A stretch of 63,955 bases of DNA, counting the filler. It is 4 parts of 4 records of this genome, joined end to end, with 100 filler letters (N's around TTAATTAATTAA, not from the genome) between each part and the next. Parts side by side here need not be neighbours in the genome. Positions count along the whole stretch, not along the records: positions 28,774 to 57,449 come from SRR20825010_4271; positions 57,550 to 60,792 come from SRR20825010_4310; 2 more parts are not named here. One strand, 5' to 3'. Under the pieces are notes generated by a model. It searched no databases and had not been told where the DNA came from. It saw only the letters and a list, made by a program, of their open reading frames with translations. A program made the position numbers and the translations under genes. Shown piece by piece: positions 49,788-59,994 of this stretch (positions within the stretch are counted from its first letter, which is position 1; each line of letters starts with the position of its first letter).

Positions 49788-52268
49788 ATGAAAAAGATTA
49801 AAACGATTGCACAAAGGCCATTATTGGTTGCTGTGGCCATCTTATTTTTGCTCGCAGGGTTCGCAGATAACTCTTACGGGCAAACTAGGAAGGAAAAAAG
49901 AGAAGCGGCTGAAAAAGCGGCTGCGGCTGCCGCAGCGCCAAAACAAGACCCTAAGCCTAAACTTAAAAAAGGTGAACCAAAGCCTTATAATGAGGTAATT
50001 ACAAAAGATGCCGTTTCAGACGAAGGTCTTTTCCAAGTTCACAAAATTGAAGATAAGTACTTCTTTGAGATCCCTAATGATCTTTTAGGAAGAGATATGC
50101 TTATGGTTTCAAGAATTGCTAAAACTGCTTCAGGCATTGGTTTTGGTGGTGGAAAAACAAGTACCTTAATGCTAAGATGGGAGCGTTATGAGAATAAAAT
50201 TCTTCTCAAAATTATCTCAACTCAAGTAACAGCGGATGACGATCTTCCAATTAGCGAGGCGGTTAAAAACTCAAATTTAGACCCAATCTTGGCGTCTTTC
50301 CAAGTTGAAGCTTTATCTAAAGATGGTAACGGTGTAGTAATTGACGCTTCGTCATTATTGACTAGCGACATTAAGCCGCTTGGTATGCCACAGCGTTCAA
50401 GAACACAATACAAAGTTTCTAGAATGGATAACGATCGCTCTTATGTAACTAGAGTGAGTAGCTACCCAGAAAACATTGAGCTTAGACACGTTAAAACTTA
50501 TTTAGCAAGTGCCTCACCATCCTCTAGAGAAGATGGTGCCATCACAATAGAAATGAGTAACTCAATGATTCTTTTGCCTGAAGTGCCAATGCAAAGAAGA
50601 CTTTATGATGAAAGAGTTGGTTGGTTTGCTAGAGGAACAACCGACTATGGTTTGGACGTTCAGCAGTCTAAAGATGTAAGATATTTGGACAGATGGAGAC
50701 TAGAAGTAAGAGATGAAGACATGGCTAAATTCCGTAGAGGAGAGTTGGTTGTGCCTAAAAAACAAATCGTTTATTACATTGATAGAGCTACGCCTACAAA
50801 ATGGGTGAAAGCAATTAAAGATGGTATTGAAGACTGGCAAGTTGCTTTTGAAGCCGCTGGCTTTAAAGATGCTATTATCGCTAAAACACCCCCTACTCCA
50901 GAAGAAGATCCAGATTGGAGCCCTGAAGATGTTAGATATTCTGTTGTTAGATATCTTGCTTCCCCAATTCCAAACGCAAATGGACCTCACGTAAGTGATC
51001 CACGTTCTGGTGAAATTTTAGAAAGTGATATCAACTGGTACCACAACGTAATGACTCTATTGAGAAGATGGTTCTTTGTTCAGACATCTGCAATCAACCC
51101 ACAAGCACAAAGCCCAGAATTTGACGATGAAGTAATGTCTCGTTTGATCCGCTTTGTATCTTCTCACGAAGTAGGTCATACTTTAGGTTTACCACACAAC
51201 TTCGGTTCAAGTAATGCTTATCCTGTAGATTCTTTGAGATCTGCAGAGTTTACTAACCGAATGGGTACCGCTCCATCTCTAATGGATTATGCTCGTTTCA
51301 ATTACATAGCACAACCCGAAGATAAAGGAGTTGCTTTAATGCCAGAAGTGGGAGTGTATGATAAATACTCAATCGCATGGGGTTATAGACCAATTTTAGA
51401 AGCAAACAGCCCAGAAGCTGAGTTGCCAACTTTGAGAAGGTGGATCGAAGAAAAAAATGGTGATCCACTTTACAGATACGGACGCCAAGGTAACAGCAAT
51501 GATTACACTGCGCAAAGCGAAGATTTAGGTGATGATGCCATGAAGGCGAGTGATTACGGGATTAAAAACCTTAAAATAATCATGAACAACCTGAAGAAAT
51601 GGACTTACGTACCTGGTTCTGATTACACAGAATTGGAAGAAATGTACGGAGAGGTTCAATCTCAGTTCAATCGTTACATGGGTCATGTAGGACGTTATGT
51701 TGGTGGTGTGAAAGAAGATTACAAAACAGTTGACCAAGAAGGTGCTGTTTATACTCATGCGCCAAAAGCAAAGCAAAAAGAAGCTGTTAAATTCTTAAAC
51801 GATCAATTATTCAATACTCCAAAGTGGATTCTTGACAATGAAATTTTGAACAGACTTCAAGATGACGGTGCTGTCACCGCTATGAAATCTATGCAGGTAA
51901 GGACTTTAAACTCAGTTTTAGAGCCAAGAAAACTAGGTAGAGTTATTGAAAACGAAGCTTTAAACGGGAATGCTGCTTACGGAATGCTTGAATTATTCAG
52001 CGATGTAAGAAACGGTGTCTGGTCTGAATTGTCAGCTGGTAAAACAATTGATACTTACAGAAGAAACTTGCAAAGTGGCTATATCGACAGAATGGCAACA
52101 TTGATGAACGATGCTACTCAATCTGATATCTCATCAGTGGCAAGAGCTGAGCTGAAAACTTTACAGTCTAGAATTAAAGCTGCTATCCCAAGAACCTCTG
52201 ATAGAATGTCTAAAATACATTTAGAAGATGTATTGGAAAAAGTAAATACGATTCTTGATCCAAAATAA
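49788..52268 (+). CDS. Secreted zinc metalloprotease (DUF5118/DUF5117/DUF4953 architecture)
   Basis: Signal peptide; DPRSGEILE, HEVGHTLGLPHN (HExxHxxGxxH), Met-turn SLMDY. Confidence 0.92.
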   Translation: MKKIKTIAQRPLLVAVAILFLLAGFADNSYGQTRKEKREAAEKAAAAAAAPKQDPKPKLKKGEPKPYNEVITKDAVSDEGLFQVHKIEDKYFFEIPNDLLGRDMLMVSRIAKTASGIGFGGGKTSTLMLRWERYENKILLKIISTQVTADDDLPISEAVKNSNLDPILASFQVEALSKDGNGVVIDASSLLTSDIKPLGMPQRSRTQYKVSRMDNDRSYVTRVSSYPENIELRHVKTYLASASPSSREDGAITIEMSNSMILLPEVPMQRRLYDERVGWFARGTTDYGLDVQQSKDVRYLDRWRLEVRDEDMAKFRRGELVVPKKQIVYYIDRATPTKWVKAIKDGIEDWQVAFEAAGFKDAIIAKTPPTPEEDPDWSPEDVRYSVVRYLASPIPNANGPHVSDPRSGEILESDINWYHNVMTLLRRWFFVQTSAINPQAQSPEFDDEVMSRLIRFVSSHEVGHTLGLPHNFGSSNAYPVDSLRSAEFTNRMGTAPSLMDYARFNYIAQPEDKGVALMPEVGVYDKYSIAWGYRPILEANSPEAELPTLRRWIEEKNGDPLYRYGRQGNSNDYTAQSEDLGDDAMKASDYGIKNLKIIMNNLKKWTYVPGSDYTELEEMYGEVQSQFNRYMGHVGRYVGGVKEDYKTVDQEGAVYTHAPKAKQKEAVKFLNDQLFNTPKWILDNEILNRLQDDGAVTAMKSMQVRTLNSVLEPRKLGRVIENEALNGNAAYGMLELFSDVRNGVWSELSAGKTIDTYRRNLQSGYIDRMATLMNDATQSDISSVARAELKTLQSRIKAAIPRTSDRMSKIHLEDVLEKVNTILDPK

Positions 52269-52290
52269 CCCAAGAAAAATAACTAATTTG

Positions 52291-52325
52291 AATAGGGCTG
52301 CCTTTTGGTAGCCCTATTTTTTTTT
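52291..52325. terminator. Terminator between convergent genes
   Basis: AATAGGGCTGCC-TTTT-GGTAGCCCTATT followed by a T-run. Confidence 0.8.
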
Positions 52326-53568
52326 AAAGCAGTCGTTTATGCTTTAGATTGAACTGCATAAGCTCACCATCTCTACGAATAATTAACTTAAGTCTTTCGC
52401 CAGGGGTACGTTTTAATACGGAAACCACTTCATCCAACTTATAAAAAAATGCAGGGTTGTTATTCATTGCAATAATTTCGTCACCAATCTCCAAGCCAGC
52501 TTTATCTGCTGGTGAGTCGGCAATAATGTCATTCACATAATATTCATTAAGCCGCTCACCAAAGGCCATTACATTCATACCAACTGTATTGAATTTGAAT
52601 CTTTCACCAAAGTTATTGTTTGGTTTTAAGTACATATATCCTTCATTATAATTGAAGATTACATGGAATTTAGAAAGAATGTCGGATCCAATTGTTCCGT
52701 ACCTAATATCTTCTTTCTTTCTTTCACTGTCAGGTTTAGACAGACCCCAGTTGTCAGGATAAGAAGTCAGTACTTTCTTGAATTTATATTTACCCAGCCT
52801 TACCTTCTTTACCCTACCTATTTTTCCTTTGACAATTCCTGCAAGACCTCTTCCAATTGTATGTTCAAGTGTTCTTTCAGGTAAAATAATGTCATCGTTA
52901 GCGCCTGCATCAAGAAAAAGAGCACTGCTGGCCCCTGTATCAATGAGCAGTTTTACCGTGATGGCTTTTTCTCCTTTTTGCTTTACCGTTACATTTACAT
53001 AAGGACGAAAATTCTCGATCGTGATTGGGATTCTTTTATACTTCTTTAGGCGTTTAAAGTCTTCGGGGTGAGTCAGATTAATTCTTCTTTCTGAATAATC
53101 GATTTCCACAACAAAACGATTGAAGATTTCAGAACCGAGGATTCCATGTGCTTCAATTCCTAACACATTTTCTATATCCACGAAATTATTCTGAAGGACC
53201 AACATCGATTGGTCTTTCCCATGCACTCCGGCAAAATTCACCCTAATGTCATTCGCCACCCAAAGGTCTGTTACTTTATTCCCGTCTGCAGCATAAATAG
53301 GAATTGTTCTGGCATTCACCAAATTGTTCTCTCCTATGATAAGTTTATCGAAAATCATCCCTGACTCAGAGCCGGTATCTAAAATAAAATTGAATGGACC
53401 CTGCTCATTTATTTTGATCGGAACGATCATCAGGTTACTCTCACTCCTGAAAGACAGCGAAACCCTATTGGCCCCGTTTTCTAGCCCGAAACCAATTGAG
53501 TTCTGGCCATTGACATTTGTAACATGGAAGAGACAGGCGAATAAAAGTATAATTGGCAGATATTTCAT
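52324..53568 (-). CDS. Aspartyl protease (two retropepsin-like domains) with C-terminal PDZ domain
   Basis: FILDTGS and LLIDTGA; GILGSEIF and GTIGSDIL; PDZ-like DSPADKAGLEIGDEII; start set at MKYLP. Confidence 0.9.
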   Translation of the reverse strand: MKYLPIILLFACLFHVTNVNGQNSIGFGLENGANRVSLSFRSESNLMIVPIKINEQGPFNFILDTGSESGMIFDKLIIGENNLVNARTIPIYAADGNKVTDLWVANDIRVNFAGVHGKDQSMLVLQNNFVDIENVLGIEAHGILGSEIFNRFVVEIDYSERRINLTHPEDFKRLKKYKRIPITIENFRPYVNVTVKQKGEKAITVKLLIDTGASSALFLDAGANDDIILPERTLEHTIGRGLAGIVKGKIGRVKKVRLGKYKFKKVLTSYPDNWGLSKPDSERKKEDIRYGTIGSDILSKFHVIFNYNEGYMYLKPNNNFGERFKFNTVGMNVMAFGERLNEYYVNDIIADSPADKAGLEIGDEIIAMNNNPAFFYKLDEVVSVLKRTPGERLKLIIRRDGELMQFNLKHKRLL

Positions 53569-53658
53569 ATGAGTGGGTGTCTTGTGTTCTGAATGAATCA
53601 ATTAAATAACACTCTGAAAAACGTAAACCCTTACCAATATTATACGGGTTGAATTTTT

Positions 53659-54096
53659 TCAATTTCTAAACCGCTTTTTATAGATTGGTTTTCTATATAT
53701 AAATTGCAAGTAAACCAAAGGGTATAAAACATAGTTCAGGAGTTTAAATGGGGTTGAATATTCAATGTCATCAACAATTAATGATCCCGAATCAACACGC
53801 TTAATTATGTGCCTATGTTTCCATTTCTTTATGAAAGGCGGTAGTATTCTACCAATATCAATAAATTCAAAGAGCTCATCAGAGTCGGTTTGATCTACAA
53901 TTTCACTTACCCACCTTTGTTTGAATATACCAAAATTAAGTGAGAGCGCGACAATATCTCCTGGCTCATAACCATCATATCGGTTTAACTCAACTTTTGG
54001 AAAAGGTGGGCTTAAGCTAATAAAGAGTCTTTCATTAAATCCATTCTTTACATTCGTCAAGTCTTGCTCTACCTTTGTGGAAATTTTGATTTTCAT
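53659..54096 (-). CDS. SRPBCC/START-like protein
   Basis: LSPPF, WVSEI, FIDIG..LPPFIKKWKHRH, IVDDIEY. Confidence 0.8.
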   Translation of the reverse strand: MKIKISTKVEQDLTNVKNGFNERLFISLSPPFPKVELNRYDGYEPGDIVALSLNFGIFKQRWVSEIVDQTDSDELFEFIDIGRILPPFIKKWKHRHIIKRVDSGSLIVDDIEYSTPFKLLNYVLYPLVYLQFIYRKPIYKKRFRN

Positions 54097-54203
54097 AACC
54101 GATTAACAACTTTTTAACCCAAAAGGTTGTCGCTTGCCCTTATTTGGAACTAAAGCCTAATCTTCCTATTTTTCATAATATTTACTCTACTCAACCCATT
54201 GTA

Positions 54204-57200
54204 ATGTCTCTACTAACGAGATGCTTTTCTAAAGCTCCTCTTCTAAGCTGGCTCTTACTGATATTACTATGCACCCCCTTAGGAGCCCAGCAAAGTGATT
54301 TTAACAAAATAAAAACCCCCTTTGCACTGAAGAGCTCTTGGGTTGATCAACTAAATGAAAAGCTCAAAGAGGATCGACAAAACCCATCTTCCAAGAACGC
54401 TAAGAGTTTAGAATATATTCAATCGGTTCTGCCCCGTCTTGAAGAAGAAAAAGATTATGAATCACTCTCTTATCTTTTGGAGCGAAATGCCACAATATTA
54501 TGGAGCTTAAGAAGGGATTCTTTGGCCTTAGTTTCCGCAACAAAGTCAATTGAAACAGCCAAAGATCATTTACCCACAAATCACTTTTTACTTTCAAGGG
54601 CATATTTTAGAAGAGGTTATATTGAACACAAAATTGCCAACTTCTATGCGGCTGGCTCAGATTTAGATTCTGCCCAAGCCGTTTATAAGTCCTCGAATAA
54701 CTACGACTCTACTTTTTATCATGATCTAATCGAGTATAAATACTATGCCTACAGTTATGGTGAAATGAATCTAGACACTTTAACAAAGTACTTAGATGAA
54801 CGAATGGAGGAGCGTTTAAGTAAACCTAAAACAAACCCTGATGATATTCTATACTTAATGAACGACTATGCGAAAGTGTATATGCAAAAGGGGGATTATG
54901 CACAAGCTTTAGCTTACGCGATTGAAGAAGTGGCCTATTCTAAAGAGAAATACGATTCGGTACTAAAGTCACGATATATAGACTCTAGATTCAATTTAGG
55001 AAATGTACTTTATAGAATGAAGGACTTCGAAAGAGGCTTAAGGGTTTGTAACGAACTACTTGATGAAACTGAAAATATAACTAAGTTCTTTGGAGTACTT
55101 TCTCCAAGTGAAACTCAAAGTGTAAAAGGTAAAATTATTGGAATGAAATCGCTTAGAGCAGCGATTCTATTGGGGTTAAGAAAATATGAAGAGTCTATTA
55201 AAAGTCTCCAAGAAATTATCAACACAAATTCTGGTGACTCTCGCTTCATTATTCAACAAAAAATCAATATCGCAAATGGGCTTTTAAGTCTAGAAAAGTA
55301 TGACGAAGCGAAAGTCTTGATCGAAAATATCTTGACTGAATTAAGACCCACTTTTCCTAATAAGCAGGCAGAATCACTGTTTGGTGTGGCGGGGTCCTTG
55401 TATAGTGAGCTAGACAAATCTGATCTTTCATTTGACTATTATGATTCCGCAGTAAGAAACAGTATCCCAGAATACTATAAGTCAAACATTCTCAAGTTTC
55501 CGGAAATTAAGAACCAAAAAATAACCATTGATGCAATGGCGTCCTTGCGCGACAAAGCCAGATCGCTTATAAGGTATTACAACCAAAGCCTACAGGATAG
55601 TTTAAGTGTCTTGTTGGCCGCGAGCTCTTATGCCAGTAACACTCACAACCTTTTGATGGGCAGTAGGCAAGAGTTAATGAGAACCGAGGGAAAGCTATTT
55701 CTGTCAGAAAACTTTAAGTCCTTGTATGAAGCAGGGATTGAAGCCTCATATTTGATGTTCAATCTGGGTAGTAAAAAAATTGGCTTTGAAAATGCCTCTG
55801 AATTTTTCAGGTTAAGTAAAGCAGTGTTGTTCTTAGAACAATCAGGTGAGTTCGGAAAAATTCAGAATTCAAATGTCCCACAATACCTCAGAAGTGAATT
55901 TTACCAGTTAAAAACTGAAATAGAGAGCCTAAATATTACATTTTATTCTATTCTAGATAAGTCTTCGCCTACCAGTGATTCTGTAGGTAGAATCAATAAT
56001 CGGTTACTCAATGCGAGTGAAAAACTGAAAGAGTTAAAAGACAGTGTTTCTCTCTTTTTAGTTGATCAGTCCGATGACGATAACCTTGTGTTCAAAAATC
56101 AGCAGCTTGACAAAATAAGTCGAAATAAGGCTGTAATTGAGTTTTTTGTGGGGGAAAACCAAGTTTTTATACTGGGAAAATCAGCCAACAGACAAGTTTT
56201 TGAGCGTGTGAATATAGACGATCGGTTCATGAAGTCTTTCAATGATTTAATTGTAGAGGTTGGCAACAGACCTCAACTGGCTGATTATGAAAACAAGCTT
56301 AAGGCTTTTAATACTAACTCCTACTATATCTATAGTCTATTGCTGAAGCCGATAATTGATCAGTTTGATGGCACAGTAAACGATCTCACTATTATTCCAG
56401 ATGAGTATTTGTCACGACTTCCCTTTGAAACCCTAATTACTTCTAAAGTCGAAAACCCAAGGTCGTTTAAAAATTTGCCTTACCTCATCAACAAGTACAC
56501 TGTAAATTATCAGCTTTCTTCTAATCAGGATTATAACAAAGCGGTGGCTAAAAAGGCACCAAAAAACCTAATTGGAATTGGCTATAGTCAGGGAGGTAGC
56601 GAAACAGGATTTGCAGCATTACCAGGAACTGATAGAGAAATTAAGTTTCTACAATCAAAAATTGAAGGAGATTATTATCTCGGGAATGAAGGCTCTAAAA
56701 GTGTTTTCTTAAAAACAGCAAAAGATTATGATGTGCTTCATTTGGCCATTCATGGGGTAGCCGACAGTACTGGAAAGTATGAGTCGAAACTTATTTTCAA
56801 CGGAAGCGATAATGTTCTTAAAACTGGTGACCTTTATTTGGCTGGACTAAAGGCGAGATTGGCCATTTTAAGTGCTTGCGAAAGTGGAGTAGGAGAAATT
56901 AATAGAGGAGAGGGGGCGTTTAGTATTGCCAGAGGTTTTGCCCTTGTGGGTGTCCCTTCTATTGTAATGAGCCTTTGGAGCGTAAACGATAAAGTTACTT
57001 CCGAATTAATGGTAAATACACACAAGCTGCTCAATGAAAGAATGCCTATTAATATGTCCATCGCTCAAACCAAGCGAGACTATCTACAAAATTCTGATAA
57101 CTACACTGCTCACCCTTATTATTGGGCAGCATTCATATCACTAGGCTCTCCAATCACTATTGAAGGTAGAAGCACTATCTGGATAAATGTTGTAATCATC

Positions 57201-57278
57201 GGCTCAATAGCGGCCTTAATATTAATTCTTCTAATGCTTTGGCGAAAGAAAAAAGCAAATCAACCATCCACCTTTTAA
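54204..57278 (+). CDS. TPR-CHAT (caspase-like protease) protein with signal peptide and C-terminal TM helix
   Basis: TPR-like helical N-half; IIPDEYLSRLPFETL, catalytic VLHLAIHG and LSACESG, SLWSVND, HPYYWAAF, hydrophobic tail plus WRKKK; start uncertain (54144 or 54204). Confidence 0.9.
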   Translation: MSLLTRCFSKAPLLSWLLLILLCTPLGAQQSDFNKIKTPFALKSSWVDQLNEKLKEDRQNPSSKNAKSLEYIQSVLPRLEEEKDYESLSYLLERNATILWSLRRDSLALVSATKSIETAKDHLPTNHFLLSRAYFRRGYIEHKIANFYAAGSDLDSAQAVYKSSNNYDSTFYHDLIEYKYYAYSYGEMNLDTLTKYLDERMEERLSKPKTNPDDILYLMNDYAKVYMQKGDYAQALAYAIEEVAYSKEKYDSVLKSRYIDSRFNLGNVLYRMKDFERGLRVCNELLDETENITKFFGVLSPSETQSVKGKIIGMKSLRAAILLGLRKYEESIKSLQEIINTNSGDSRFIIQQKINIANGLLSLEKYDEAKVLIENILTELRPTFPNKQAESLFGVAGSLYSELDKSDLSFDYYDSAVRNSIPEYYKSNILKFPEIKNQKITIDAMASLRDKARSLIRYYNQSLQDSLSVLLAASSYASNTHNLLMGSRQELMRTEGKLFLSENFKSLYEAGIEASYLMFNLGSKKIGFENASEFFRLSKAVLFLEQSGEFGKIQNSNVPQYLRSEFYQLKTEIESLNITFYSILDKSSPTSDSVGRINNRLLNASEKLKELKDSVSLFLVDQSDDDNLVFKNQQLDKISRNKAVIEFFVGENQVFILGKSANRQVFERVNIDDRFMKSFNDLIVEVGNRPQLADYENKLKAFNTNSYYIYSLLLKPIIDQFDGTVNDLTIIPDEYLSRLPFETLITSKVENPRSFKNLPYLINKYTVNYQLSSNQDYNKAVAKKAPKNLIGIGYSQGGSETGFAALPGTDREIKFLQSKIEGDYYLGNEGSKSVFLKTAKDYDVLHLAIHGVADSTGKYESKLIFNGSDNVLKTGDLYLAGLKARLAILSACESGVGEINRGEGAFSIARGFALVGVPSIVMSLWSVNDKVTSELMVNTHKLLNERMPINMSIAQTKRDYLQNSDNYTAHPYYWAAFISLGSPITIEGRSTIWINVVIIGSIAALILILLMLWRKKKANQPSTF

Positions 57279-57302
57279 TTCACGCTGAAGGTATAACAAA
57301 GG

Positions 57303-57338
57303 AAAAGCCCAGAGCGCATATCGTGCTCTGGGCTTTTT
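57303..57338. terminator. Bidirectional Rho-independent terminator
   Basis: AAAAGCCCAGAGC...GCTCTGGGCTTTTT. Confidence 0.8.
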
Positions 57339-57449
57339 AATTCCTATTTGAAGTAGTTTATTTCACCATAGCGATGCTATGTTTTCAAAGTCAAACTTCC
57401 TGATTATTTGTGATTTACGCCCTCATAACAATCTCTATTGCATAATCCG

Positions 57450-57549
57450 NNNNNNNNNNNNNNNNNNNNNNNNNNNNNNNNNNNNNNNNNNNNTTAATTA
57501 ATTAANNNNNNNNNNNNNNNNNNNNNNNNNNNNNNNNNNNNNNNNNNNN
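57450..57549. other. Artificial contig-joining spacer
   Basis: N44-TTAATTAATTAA-N44. Confidence 0.98.
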
Positions 57550-57868
57550 TGCTACTATACAGGTAAAAGATGTTGTCTGTTTTGTAAGCAACGTTTTTCT
57601 CTGCTCCGTTGATTGAAACCAGATTTCTATCACCCGAAGCAGGATCAGAAAGTGTGAACTTAGGAGCAAATGCTCCACCAAACAGTGCTAAATAATCAGC
57701 AAATGAGGTTACCCGAGTAGGCTGATTAAGTAATGATTTCCCGTTTCTTGAGGCTTTTTGCGTATAACCGATAAAAGCCGGAATAGCAGTAGCAACTTCA
57801 ACTACAGAGCCTGGAAACCCATTTTTCTCTTCAATGTAGACTCCTGGAGTCATGAGATTTTGTGCCAT
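57550..57868 (-). CDS. Contractile tail sheath protein, N-terminal part (truncated by contig end)
   Basis: TPGVYIEE..FPGSVVEVATAIPAFIGYT...PTRVTSFADY...FGG is the sheath N-terminal signature. Confidence 0.92.
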
Positions 57869-57897
57869 GAAATAAATTGTTTAAAGATTAAAACTGG

Positions 57898-58881
57898 TTA
57901 AATAAAAATATGCGAAGAATCGAATTCGGACTCATTTTCTGTAGCGTGTAGCATCTCAGCGGTAGCAAGAGGTAAGCTTTTTAAAATTATCTTACTTTTT
58001 TTTGACGTAGTGTTAGATTGATCTACCAGCTGAAAACGCCTATTATCTTCTCCACAAAAAGACAAAGCTTGATTAGACACAAAGCATGTTGCTTTTATAT
58101 TAGGAGAAATTTGGATTTCGGATTTAGAAAAAATAACCTCAGTATTTGTCAAGTCAATTACACTCAATTTCTGGAAATTCTCATAAACCTTATCTACTAG
58201 AATATATTTCCAAAAGGTCTTTTTAGCTGTAAATTGAAGTGAATAATTTAATGGTTTAGCATTAAAAGTTTTGTGATAAAGTATTTCGGGAGAAAATGAT
58301 AAAATCATATCTGGGGTTTTAAATGAATTCCCATTAATATGGTAAAAAGGAAAAAAATCACTTTTTGAAACAGTTGAAAAAAAACCTTCTTCAAAAAATC
58401 CTGATCCATAGCCAAGTGATTCTGGATAGGGAAATATCTCACCTGCTGAGTTCTTAATTTGCAAAGCAGCTCCTACGTATTTTGATACATTTTTCAGATC
58501 ATTTTTATTAAGAAAAATAAATTGAGAAGAAGTAAAGGTTGTATTTATACCCATAAAATAGGGTGATTTTTCATCAATAGAATTATCTAAAAACAACACA
58601 TGATTTCGCTGCATAGTACTTTTCAAATCAGTATAATTCCAGAAAAAAGAATCTTTAAAATTGATATGAAAATGAATTGGAGAAATTTCATTAACTGCCA
58701 ATTCTGGAGAAGAACTGAAAATATAAAAACCTGTATTATATCTCTTTATATGAAACTGGAGATTTAAAAATCTACGCTCACTCTCTGGAGATACAGTGAT
58801 TTCAAATCCTGAAAAACCTGATTCAGGAAAAAATTCATGCTGAAAGCTTACCGTTGCGATATGTTGAAAAACCTGATTCAA
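57898..58881 (-). CDS. eCIS-associated hypothetical protein, possible cap adaptor
   Basis: Lies between DUF4255 and the sheath gene; motifs FQHEFF, FWNYTDL, FTAKKTFWKYIL, LKSLP; role inferred from position only. Confidence 0.6.
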   Translation of the reverse strand: MNQVFQHIATVSFQHEFFPESGFSGFEITVSPESERRFLNLQFHIKRYNTGFYIFSSSPELAVNEISPIHFHINFKDSFFWNYTDLKSTMQRNHVLFLDNSIDEKSPYFMGINTTFTSSQFIFLNKNDLKNVSKYVGAALQIKNSAGEIFPYPESLGYGSGFFEEGFFSTVSKSDFFPFYHINGNSFKTPDMILSFSPEILYHKTFNAKPLNYSLQFTAKKTFWKYILVDKVYENFQKLSVIDLTNTEVIFSKSEIQISPNIKATCFVSNQALSFCGEDNRRFQLVDQSNTTSKKSKIILKSLPLATAEMLHATENESEFDSSHIFI

Positions 58882-58890
58882 AATTCCTTA

Positions 58891-59463
58891 TTATTTAATT
58901 TCCCCTGATGATTTTATAGCAGGAATATATCCTGTCATTGGACTGTCGTCTATTGGAATCAAACTGATCTTATATATAGATGAAGGCATTAATTTTGCCC
59001 CTATTGAGGACCATATATGACTCATATTATCATAGGAAAAAGTGCATAATTCCATGGAGATTTTTTGCATTTTTTTCGAAAAACCAGGAATGCTTCGAGA
59101 TTCTATTAATCTATTTCTATGATAAAAACTAATAATATGTGAAAGAAAATTAAGACCTTCAAGATATTTTTTATTTCTAAAATTCACACAAAACATGACG
59201 TGCATGTTTAAATACAAAATCGAGTTTTTACTTTGAAATCCAGATCCATCAAAGGCCCCAACCCGTGATGAATTATTCTTCATAGAAGGCTCCTCACCTA
59301 TTGACAATAGAGAAATCACTATTTTATTCTCTACCTCCAACCATGAAGCTCCATTTTGATCTACAATATTTGAAATTACGACAGTATGTTCGTCAAATCC
59401 ATGTAGATTTTTAAAATACTGATTCAAGGAATCACGAAGGTGAATTAGTACTGCGTCAATCAT
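58891..59463 (-). CDS. DUF4255 / Pvc16-Afp16-like tail cap (terminator) protein
   Basis: VVISNIVD, KIVISLLSI.EE, YLNMHVMF..NF..Y.EGL..LS.IISF, IWSSIGAKLMPS..YK; start set at MIDAV. Confidence 0.85.
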   Translation of the reverse strand: MIDAVLIHLRDSLNQYFKNLHGFDEHTVVISNIVDQNGASWLEVENKIVISLLSIGEEPSMKNNSSRVGAFDGSGFQSKNSILYLNMHVMFCVNFRNKKYLEGLNFLSHIISFYHRNRLIESRSIPGFSKKMQKISMELCTFSYDNMSHIWSSIGAKLMPSSIYKISLIPIDDSPMTGYIPAIKSSGEIK

Positions 59464-59625
59464 AAAAATATTAAAATAAAAATTTTGACTACGAAAAATG
59501 GTAATCACTAAAAACTGTACTTGAATATTAAAAAAAAATCCTTTATAATACAAGAAGTATTCCTCTAATATTTTTAAATATTATATACTGATAATTAAAA
59601 TTTTTAACACCTATTAAATACCATT

Positions 59626-59994
59626 ATGAATACCTATTATTATCTGCTGTTTATCCTATTATTTCTGCTTGTTGTAATAATATTTTTGATGAGATCCTTT
59701 TTTACCAAGAAAATAAATTTTCTCGATCATAATCAATCACACAGAGAGCACGACCTTTCAACAATCCAAAAACAACTGCAGTTGTTGAAAGAAAAAGATC
59801 AAAATCTTCAAAGGGAATTGGACGATGAAAAATCTCAACTTGCGTTGATGGCAATTTCATTAACACAAAAAGACGCTGAAATAAATGCTTTGCTGCTCAT
59901 AATAGATGATCTTCAAACTAAAAACAACCAAAAAGAAGAGGAGATAATCATAGAATATTTTCCTGAGGCAAAGATAACTAAATTATCCTTATAA
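59626..59994 (+). CDS. Hypothetical protein: N-terminal TM anchor plus coiled coil
   Basis: Hydrophobic first 25 aa, then a heptad-like Q/L/K/E-rich helix; antisense to the eCIS genes. Confidence 0.6.
   Translation: MNTYYYLLFILLFLLVVIIFLMRSFFTKKINFLDHNQSHREHDLSTIQKQLQLLKEKDQNLQRELDDEKSQLALMAISLTQKDAEINALLLIIDDLQTKNNQKEEEIIIEYFPEAKITKLSL

Noticed and set aside
57340-57449. Possible 3' end of a minus-strand gene at the end of segment 2
   Set aside because: At most about 14 codons are visible in any frame, too little to identify.
54204-57868. CHAT protease as an effector of the neighbouring eCIS
   Set aside because: The two are separated by an artificial spacer and lie on different contigs.
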